Below are positions 57,097 to 64,000 of a stretch of DNA of 64,000 nucleotides, in pieces. Within the stretch, counting starts at the first letter, position 1. Every line of letters starts with the position of its first letter. The stretch comes from Agriterribacter sp. (lineage in GTDB: Bacteria; Bacteroidota; Bacteroidia; Chitinophagales; Chitinophagaceae), in NCBI GenBank assembly GCA_037190905.1, contig JBBCKG010000019.1, positions 16,330 to 80,329 on the forward strand. Direction: 5' to 3'. Position numbers and translations under genes: made by a program. The notes under the pieces are model-generated. The model saw only the letters and a list, made by a program, of their open reading frames with translations. It had not been told where the DNA came from and did no database searches.

Positions 57097-58020
57097 ATGA
57101 AAAAAATGAACCGAAAGCAGGCGCTACAGCTCCTGACCGCCTCGGGCGCGGCACTCATGAGTAGCAGGCTGCGGAGCGCCACGCCCCACTCCTACATGCT
57201 TGCCAGACCCATTCCTGCTTCGGGCGAAATGCTGCCGGTGGTGGGCATCGGCTCCTGGATACAGTTCGACGCAGGCAATAATAAAGAAGAAAGATTACGC
57301 CTTACCGAAGTGCTGCAACAGGTGATTGCAGGCGGCGGAAAACTAATAGACTGCTCTCCTATGTACGGAAGCGCCGAAGATGTAATTGGCGATCTCACGC
57401 ATGCAACCAAGCATCCGGATCATTTCTTTTATGCCACCAAGGTATGGACCAGCGGCAGGGAGGCGGGCATCCGACAGATGGGCAGCTCATTACGAAAAAT
57501 GCAGAGACAAACAATGGATCTCATGCAAATTCATAACTTGTCTGACTGGCAAACCCAACTTAAAACCCTGCGGGAGTGGAAGGAAGCAGGAAAAATCCGC
57601 TACACTGGTATTACGCATTACACTACAAGTATGCATGCCACCCTGCAAGGGATTTTTGAAAAGCACCCGGTTGATTTTGTACAATGCAATTACTCCATTC
57701 TCACACGTGATGCGGAACGTTCGCTTTTACCAGCCGCGCTGCATAAAGGAGTAGCCGTGATCATCAACGAACCGCTGGAGAAAGGAAGGCTTTTCAGCAT
57801 GGTGAAAGGGAAACCACTGCCCGCCTGGGCAAAGGATTACGATATTCATAGCTGGGCACAATACTTCTTAAAATTTATTGCCGCGCATCCCGCCGTTAGT
57901 TGTGTTATTCCCGGCACATCCAACCCCCGACACGCGGCCGATAATATGCTCGCCGGACATGGGCGAATGCCGGATGAGGCAGGCAGACGAAAAATGGTAA
58001 ATTATCTCGAGAAGCTTTAA
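57097..58020 (+). CDS. Aldo/keto reductase with an N-terminal export-like signal
   Basis: AKR blocks LIDCSPMYGSAE, DLMQIHN and RYTGITHY. The start is set at ATG 57097 (MKKMNRKQALQLLTASGAALM). Confidence 0.8.
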   Translation: MKKMNRKQALQLLTASGAALMSSRLRSATPHSYMLARPIPASGEMLPVVGIGSWIQFDAGNNKEERLRLTEVLQQVIAGGGKLIDCSPMYGSAEDVIGDLTHATKHPDHFFYATKVWTSGREAGIRQMGSSLRKMQRQTMDLMQIHNLSDWQTQLKTLREWKEAGKIRYTGITHYTTSMHATLQGIFEKHPVDFVQCNYSILTRDAERSLLPAALHKGVAVIINEPLEKGRLFSMVKGKPLPAWAKDYDIHSWAQYFLKFIAAHPAVSCVIPGTSNPRHAADNMLAGHGRMPDEAGRRKMVNYLEKL

Positions 58021-58241
58021 TCAGCCGCCGATTGACTTCACCCCTGAATAAGGATACTGCTTTTCCGCACCTGGTATTTTCCGCACTACTTAAAGAAATC
58101 CACGCGGTTGCACATATGATAAAAACATAGCCGGAAAACGGTTGACCTTTGCCAATTGTATCCCGAACAGGCCATTCACTTCGATAAACAAAATACTGTA
58201 GGAGCCACAACTTCGTTTGTATTCAGCTAATCATTTGAAGT

Positions 58242-58745
58242 ATGAAACAAGCCCTATTGCTGTCTTTATTATTTATATGGGGAGAAAAATTCATTGCTCC
58301 GGATATACACCCCCTGCCACCAGATCCGGCTCTTACCATAGATACACTATTTACAGCGGTAACGACCAATAGCGAGCAGATACATATCGGTATCAGCAAC
58401 CCGGGCGAACAAAACAGGGAATTTATAGTAGACATTGTAACAGTAGAAACTGACGATGCTTATTGGGGTACGATACTTTCAGCCGCCATCAATGAAGACG
58501 CTTACTTTTTCAAACAATGGCGGCAGGCGAGAAAGCTGGCTGAGAAAATGAACATCCGTTACATATTACCCGGCTATGGAAAAATTCACCACGGCATAGA
58601 AGCTGATGAAGCGATAGACCTGAACTTCACCATCGCGGGCCAACCGATCAACAAGGGAATGCCCGTAAGACTCAGGGTGACTACCACAGATGATAATGCC
58701 AGTATTTATTCTCCTGTATTTCATCTCTACAAACTACCGGAGTAA
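58242..58745 (+). CDS. Hypothetical secreted protein
   Basis: 167 aa with a weak N-terminal hydrophobic segment and no recognisable motif. Coding status rests on ORF length only. Confidence 0.4.
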   Translation: MKQALLLSLLFIWGEKFIAPDIHPLPPDPALTIDTLFTAVTTNSEQIHIGISNPGEQNREFIVDIVTVETDDAYWGTILSAAINEDAYFFKQWRQARKLAEKMNIRYILPGYGKIHHGIEADEAIDLNFTIAGQPINKGMPVRLRVTTTDDNASIYSPVFHLYKLPE

Positions 58746-58749
58746 TAAC

Positions 58750-58932
58750 GTACATTCGGGTGGAGCCGAAACTCAACTCAAACTGATTGTCCTTTCTACC
58801 CGCCTGCGGCAGGGAGAAATCTGCCAATTTCAGACAATATTTTAAAGATTCCCTTCTCATTCTTATGCGAAAGGACTACTTTATGTTTTGAAGGGAAAAC
58901 AAAACTGTATTCTATTATCCCCGGCGCAGGTT
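58750..58932 (-). repeat. Copy B of the ~190-bp intergenic repeat element (partner at 15560-15753)
   Basis: CGAAAGGACTACTTTATG (58868-58885) is the exact reverse complement of the copy A core. Collinear similarity extends across almost the whole convergent spacer 58746-58961. Confidence 0.6.
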
Positions 58933-58961
58933 AATCATATATCGGGTATACATAGGCGCCG

Positions 58962-61886
58962 TTACGACAGGGGCGGAGTTGTATTGCTTATTCCATTACC
59001 CGCAACCGCACTACCGTGAAAATCGAGCAGATAGGTAAACAAGCTTACTTCTGTAGGAATCTGCAGCTTCTTACGCAGCCGGTAGCGGCTGATTTCCACC
59101 CCACGAACGGAAATCCCCATCATTTGCGCCATTTCTTTGGTGGTAAGGTTCATTCGTAAATAAGCGCACAGTTTCAGCTCATTGGGTGTAAGGTTTTTAT
59201 GTTTTTCTTTTAATGCCACAAAAAAATCATTATGTGCTTTATCAAAATGAATGGTAAAATGTTCCCAGTCTTTGTCCATTTTATCCTCCTCTCCCAGTGC
59301 ACGTATCATTTTCTTCAAAGCCTCCAGTGATTTTTCCTCTTCAATATTTTTGGCCATTTTCTGCAACTCCTCTTTAATTCTCCCAATCAGTTCTCCTTTT
59401 TTAACCAGGTGCATGGTGGCAGAAGCCATCTCCTTATTCTTATGCTGTATTTCGGCCTCCAGCTTCTCATTCCGAAGCTGGATGATTTCTTTTTCACTCT
59501 TTTCCAGTTCCAGTTGATGCTGGTTGCGCAACTGCCGCTGTTTTTCTTCGTAACGCAGTTGTTGCCGCCTGAATTTCCCCTTTTGCCAGCGGTACATCCG
59601 GTAAAGACCATAGCCCAGCAGGCATCCGTAAAAAACATACGCCCACCAGGTTTTGTACCAGGGAGGTTGTATCACAAACGAGTAGCGAAGCGCCGTCGAT
59701 TCCTTTCCTAGATTATTCCTTGCCTTTACTAAAAAACTATAAGTACCGGGCGGCATATTATTGTATTCCTTAACAGTTTTTCTACTCCAGTCGCTCCAAT
59801 CGTTGTCGTATCCTTTCAGCAAAAAACTGTATTCGATATTCGATTGCTGCTCGTATTGGGGCGCTGCAAACTCAAAGCGTATGCTGTTCCATTCGTACGA
59901 CACCGAGGGCTGCCGCTGCTGCAGTTGTGGTGCATTCACATCAGCGAAATAACCCCCAAACAACAGGCTGTCGGTTTGTCCCATAACATGTACCTGCCTC
60001 AAAAAAACCTTCATCTCCTGCGACTGGTTGCGATATTTGGCATAGTTGATATGGAAAAAACCCTTTTCTGCTCCCACCAGCACGTTTTCCATGTCTGCAA
60101 CGTATACCTGCTCGAAACCACTCACCATTTTTTGATGAAGTTCCGGTATATACACTATGCGGGGTGTTTCTTCAGAAAAATCAATTACGCCCAGGCTCTT
60201 ATCAAATACAAACCATACATTTCCTGCTTTATCTTCATGCAGGTAGCGAATGGCTAAATGCCCCAACAGCGGATGAAGCAGGGTTGACAACGCAAATACC
60301 TTCTCTACCGGGTCGTACTCGTAAATGCCTGTTTCGGTGGTAACCACCAGTCGGTTTTTGACAGTAAAAATATAGTTGCCGGTGCGGGGTAACCCTGCAA
60401 TGGTATTCATGTTTTCTGCTACCCAGGGATGCTCACCCCTTGTCTCTATTTTATAAATTCCCTTATAAGGATGTGAAATCCATACCTGGTTGTTGAAAAC
60501 AGTTACAAAACGGGCTGATTCAAAATTCACCCTTGCCGACTCGGTCAACTGTTCACCCTCGCAATCGTAGATGCGTATGCCGGTATAGCAGCCAGCTACC
60601 ATTTTTGGTGAGGGCAACACGGCGGTGAGCGGCTGGAATGTCCAAAATCCCGTGGTTTTATCCACTATGCCCGGTTGCCCGTTCCTGATTTCCACAAAGC
60701 CATCATGATGCCCTGCCAACAGCCTGTCGTTTATGCGGGAAAGATTCCATACCTGCTCCCTGAGGCTGGCTACAGGCGTAAAATGGCTTCTCGCAAAGCC
60801 GAAATCCTGATAACCCGCCACGGGAGCAAAGTACACCCCATCTGTCGTAGCCAGGTACAGGTGGTGGTTGTGAATAATAGACGAATAACCGGCGCCATCG
60901 CTCTCCCGATCGGGGAGCAGGGTTTTCACCGGACTGTTTTGCGCTATAAAATCAATGCCATTGTCGAGTCCCAGCCAGAGATTTCCCGCCCGATCGGTAA
61001 ATATGCTGAGTATATTATTGTTTTGCAATCCATCATGCCTTGAAAACTGTTGTACAAAACCACCTTGCCTGTCTACAATAAAACATCCCTTTCGATTTGT
61101 AGCGAGTGCAAAATGATCTCCTACCTGTACGGCATCGTATATATTATAGTCGGCTATTCGATTGAGGTCGGCAGTGCGGATGGGCGTAAACTGTTCTTTT
61201 GTATGCAGGTATATCCCGTGCCTGAGACTGGTGAAGCAAATACTGTCTTTACCGGTTTCCAGTACAGCAGTGATCACAAAGTCTTCCGGCAACCGATCGA
61301 TCGGAATCAGGGGCACCCAGGTATTGTTTTCGAAACGCAGAATGCCTTTGTCTGCCTCCTGGGCCAGTACCTTTCCTCCCGCCGCCCCGAGGAACAGCCA
61401 GTTCGAGGCGGGGTAAGCGATTATTTTTTCGTCTGCTAGTTGAAAAATTTGTGCGGTTGTTCTGAAAAACAACGACTTATCTACCGGTACGATATCCCAT
61501 ACATCAGAAAAAGAACGGTTATTTTCTGCCACAAGGCTGTTAAGCGAATGGTAGCGGAGTATTCCCCGGTTATCGGGTGTAAAATAGCCCATTTCATCCT
61601 GCCCTCCTGCGTATATCCGGTCGTCTGCTCCAACTGCTACCGACCGGACAATGGTTTTATTGGGCAACGGGTAATTTTTCCAGGATGTACCGTCAAAACA
61701 AAGTACGCCTTCATTATTGGCAAAATACATCAGGCCGTTTTTATCCTGGCAAATACCCCAGTTTTGAGTACCTGCTTTATAGGTGTGTTTCGGATAGTTG
61801 ATCGTTTCCGGCAATGCAATCGTATTCTGCCCCATCAAACCCGCAGGAAACGTATACAACCATATCATAATAAGTATCCACCTCAT
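58962..61886 (-). CDS. Membrane-bound sensor-regulator: periplasmic two-component-regulator propeller repeats plus Y_Y_Y domain, TM helix, coiled coil and LuxR-type HTH
   Basis: Y_Y_Y-like IRFEFAAPQYEQQSNIEYSFLLKGYDNDWSDWS, TM helix WWAYVFYGCLLGYGLY and C-terminal LTPNELKLCAYLRMNLTTKEMAQMMGISVRGVEISRYRLRKKL. The start is set at ATG 61886. Confidence 0.8.
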   Translation of the reverse strand: MRWILIMIWLYTFPAGLMGQNTIALPETINYPKHTYKAGTQNWGICQDKNGLMYFANNEGVLCFDGTSWKNYPLPNKTIVRSVAVGADDRIYAGGQDEMGYFTPDNRGILRYHSLNSLVAENNRSFSDVWDIVPVDKSLFFRTTAQIFQLADEKIIAYPASNWLFLGAAGGKVLAQEADKGILRFENNTWVPLIPIDRLPEDFVITAVLETGKDSICFTSLRHGIYLHTKEQFTPIRTADLNRIADYNIYDAVQVGDHFALATNRKGCFIVDRQGGFVQQFSRHDGLQNNNILSIFTDRAGNLWLGLDNGIDFIAQNSPVKTLLPDRESDGAGYSSIIHNHHLYLATTDGVYFAPVAGYQDFGFARSHFTPVASLREQVWNLSRINDRLLAGHHDGFVEIRNGQPGIVDKTTGFWTFQPLTAVLPSPKMVAGCYTGIRIYDCEGEQLTESARVNFESARFVTVFNNQVWISHPYKGIYKIETRGEHPWVAENMNTIAGLPRTGNYIFTVKNRLVVTTETGIYEYDPVEKVFALSTLLHPLLGHLAIRYLHEDKAGNVWFVFDKSLGVIDFSEETPRIVYIPELHQKMVSGFEQVYVADMENVLVGAEKGFFHINYAKYRNQSQEMKVFLRQVHVMGQTDSLLFGGYFADVNAPQLQQRQPSVSYEWNSIRFEFAAPQYEQQSNIEYSFLLKGYDNDWSDWSRKTVKEYNNMPPGTYSFLVKARNNLGKESTALRYSFVIQPPWYKTWWAYVFYGCLLGYGLYRMYRWQKGKFRRQQLRYEEKQRQLRNQHQLELEKSEKEIIQLRNEKLEAEIQHKNKEMASATMHLVKKGELIGRIKEELQKMAKNIEEEKSLEALKKMIRALGEEDKMDKDWEHFTIHFDKAHNDFFVALKEKHKNLTPNELKLCAYLRMNLTTKEMAQMMGISVRGVEISRYRLRKKLQIPTEVSLFTYLLDFHGSAVAGNGISNTTPPLS

Positions 61887-61954
61887 ACCTGAAACAAATG
61901 TATAATAAAAGAGCATTGTTGTATTACTGAAGAGGAGTTTTAAATACCCAATTA

Positions 61955-61982
61955 GTAGTATGATGTAGTATTGAAGTAGTAG
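61955..61982. promoter_or_regulatory. Three phased direct repeats GTAGTA(T/G), a candidate operator in the divergent regulator/SusC promoter region
   Basis: GTAGTAT at 61955-61961 and 61965-61971, and GTAGTAG at 61976-61982, give spacings of 10 and 11 bp. The function is inferred. Confidence 0.3.
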
Positions 61983-62076
61983 CCGGCAACTGAATCGCCA
62001 GATAATTAGTTTAGTTTTAACCTCCCATCATTTTTTAACTGCCTGCCGGGCTACCCGGCGGTTCAAACGATTGCAT

Positions 62077-64000
62077 ATGAGACGTAACATTGTCTGGCTA
62101 TTATGTACTATACTCTTTGTACATTTTTTACCCGCAGATAGCTTTTCGCAGACGCTTCAGGTAACGGGAAGGGTAACTGATAAATCTTCCGGCGAAGGGC
62201 TTCCGGGCGCTACTATTACCGTAAAAGGAACGGCTACCCGTACTACCACCGATGCAGAGGGTAATTTTTCCATTGCAGTTCCCTCCGCCAGCGCCGTATT
62301 GGTGGTAAGCTTTGCCGGCATGGCAGATATGGAGCGCACGGTGACAGACAGCGGCTTCATTAATTTTGAGCTGGAGGCCAGAGACGATAGTCTGGACGAG
62401 GTGGTAGTGGTTGGCTATGGCACCCAGAAAAAAACTTCGCTAACGGCTTCCGTATCCACTATCCGGGGCAGCGATATGCAAAGTCAGCCGGTAGGCGACC
62501 TTTCCAATGCATTGGGAGGCAGGGCAACCGGCGTTTTGTTTACCCAGGGAAGCGGTCAGGCGGGCAACGATGCCGCACGCATTATGATACGGGGCATCGG
62601 CACCAACGGCAATTCCTCTCCTTTATTGATTGTAGACGGTGTTCCCCGTAATTTCTCGCAACTCAACCCCGCAGATATAGAAAGTATTTCTGTGTTGAAA
62701 GACGCCGCCGCAGTAGCGCCTTATGGACTGGGCGGGGCCAACGGCGTAATACTGGTCACCACCCGCCAGGGAAAAACCGGCAAACCCGTTATGTCTTACG
62801 ATGGGTATGTTGGCTTTCAGAACCCCACCATCATCACTAAGTTTGTGGATGCGTACCAGTATGCATTGCTCAAGAACGAAGGCGCCCGCAATGCCGGAGC
62901 AACTTCCCTGCCATTTAGCGAGGAGAGTCTGCAAAAATACCGCGACGGCTCCGACCCCGACGGGCATCCCAATATAGATCCGATTGGCGATATGATTCAA
63001 AAAAACACGCTCATCACCAGCCATACCCTTTCTGTAAACGGCGGCACCGACATTATTAAATACGCAATGGGGCTGGGCTACCTCGATCAGGAAGGAATGT
63101 TTCCTGGTATCAGGTTCCGGCGCTATAATGTATCTGCCAATGTACAGGCACAGGCTACCAAAACCACACTGGTAGGTTTATCGCTGAACGGAAGGGTGGA
63201 AAACAGAGACCTTACCGGGGCAGGTTACAGCGAACAGTCTATGTTCGAAAATCTTATCAATACCGTTACCAACAGCACACCATTGAAATACAGCAACGGG
63301 CTGCATCCTTATATGTATGCCTATTTTTACGATAACCCCAGCTACCAGCAGCACCGGGGCAATACCCTGCTTTCTCAATTGTCTGTAGAACAGCAATTGC
63401 CGGTAAAAGGACTAAGCGTTAAGTTCGTCGGCTCTTACGACTTCAACCCTTTTGACCCCTACAACACCAATAATCCCGGCGTTGTAAGTACCATAAGACG
63501 ATGGAACCAGCCGTTCCCCTATTATACAATAGATACCAGCAGTCGCCCCTATACGTATACCGCCATTCCCATCACTACGCTTCCCAATTTTTACCAGGAG
63601 CATCGCCAGACACAGGCTTTCACATACCAGGGCTTTATCAACTATGCCGGCAGTTTCGGCAGAAGCGATGTAACCGGATTGGTAGTACTGGAAGCCAGGA
63701 ATACCCGGTCTGAAAGATTCAGTGCCGGCAGGAACAACTACAACCTGCCTATACAGGAACTGTTTGCAGGTGGCGCAGGCGAAACGGATATCAGCAACGA
63801 TGGCAACTCCATGGGGTCGAAACAACGCTCGCTGGTGTATAGAGTAACCTATGGGTTCGACAGCAAATACCTGCTGGAAGCGGCCGGAAGGTACGACGGC
63901 CATTATTATTTTGCCCCGGGCAGCCGCTTTGGATTTTTTCCGGCATTTTCCGCAGCCTGGCGAATTTCAGAAGAAAATTTCATGGCAAAACTGCCATGGA
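62077..64000 (+). CDS. susC: SusC/RagA-type TonB-dependent receptor, N-terminal ~640 aa; 3' end outside window
   Basis: Absent from the ORF track because there is no stop in the window. The ATG at 62077 gives MRRNIVWLLCTILFVHFLPADSFSQTLQVTGRVTDKSSGEGLPGATITVKGT (signal plus carboxypeptidase-regulatory-like domain). This is followed by DEVVVVGYGTQKK (plug start) and, near the window end, GHYYFAPGSRFGFFPAFSAAWRISEE. I checked the frame at 62395 and 63898. Confidence 0.85.
   Translation, partial: MRRNIVWLLCTILFVHFLPADSFSQTLQVTGRVTDKSSGEGLPGATITVKGTATRTTTDAEGNFSIAVPSASAVLVVSFAGMADMERTVTDSGFINFELEARDDSLDEVVVVGYGTQKKTSLTASVSTIRGSDMQSQPVGDLSNALGGRATGVLFTQGSGQAGNDAARIMIRGIGTNGNSSPLLIVDGVPRNFSQLNPADIESISVLKDAAAVAPYGLGGANGVILVTTRQGKTGKPVMSYDGYVGFQNPTIITKFVDAYQYALLKNEGARNAGATSLPFSEESLQKYRDGSDPDGHPNIDPIGDMIQKNTLITSHTLSVNGGTDIIKYAMGLGYLDQEGMFPGIRFRRYNVSANVQAQATKTTLVGLSLNGRVENRDLTGAGYSEQSMFENLINTVTNSTPLKYSNGLHPYMYAYFYDNPSYQQHRGNTLLSQLSVEQQLPVKGLSVKFVGSYDFNPFDPYNTNNPGVVSTIRRWNQPFPYYTIDTSSRPYTYTAIPITTLPNFYQEHRQTQAFTYQGFINYAGSFGRSDVTGLVVLEARNTRSERFSAGRNNYNLPIQELFAGGAGETDISNDGNSMGSKQRSLVYRVTYGFDSKYLLEAAGRYDGHYYFAPGSRFGFFPAFSAAWRISEENFMAKLPW

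Overview
This is a 64-kb chromosomal segment from a Bacteroidota genome. The gene content looks Chitinophagaceae/Sphingobacteriia-like: two SusC/SusD-type loci, ECF sigma/FecR pairs, a fused SecDF and the long NagB-LmbE form. All product calls rest on motif recognition in the supplied translations; no searches were run. I call about 52 protein genes. I saw no rRNA, tRNA, CRISPR array, transposase or integrase.

The window has two compositional domains. Positions 1 to about 6200 are markedly AT-rich (60-nt lines counted by hand give 30-35% GC). They carry eight co-directional small accessory genes: an S41 peptidase fragment, two VOC enzymes, a Crp regulator, a lipoprotein, an ECF sigma factor with a membrane partner, and a DnaQ-BRCT exonuclease. 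Positions 6265-64000 are about 50% GC (sampled lines mostly 48-60%) and mostly housekeeping or nutrient uptake:
- cysE-cysM, nagB(long)-rbsK, and a cytochrome c/beta-propeller protein with an esterase
- a co-directional pstSCAB - ECF sigma - FecR - SusC - SusD run
- phosphoglucomutase, a split HdrD/GlpC-like Fe-S pair, slyD, ribD, secDF, GH43 and MscS
- a TlpA-like redoxin, holA, dnaJ-grpE and valS
- a Y_Y_Y/LuxR regulator divergent from a second SusC. That SusC runs off the window end and is missing from the ORF track.

Several ORF-track starts were trimmed to internal ATGs that remove overlaps or expose signal peptides.

I did not find a convincing, self-contained new multi-gene system; there are no defence, toxin or mobile-element hallmarks. 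The observations most worth follow-up are:
- the sharp composition break at about 6.0-6.26 kb
- a roughly 190-bp intergenic element present twice in opposite orientation (15560-15753 and 58750-58932) with an 18-nt perfect core
- a CAZyme-free sigma/anti-sigma/SusCD locus fused to the pst operon
- an Fe-S enzyme pair interrupted by opposite-strand YceI and PNPOx genes
- helically phased direct repeats in the regulator-SusC intergenic region
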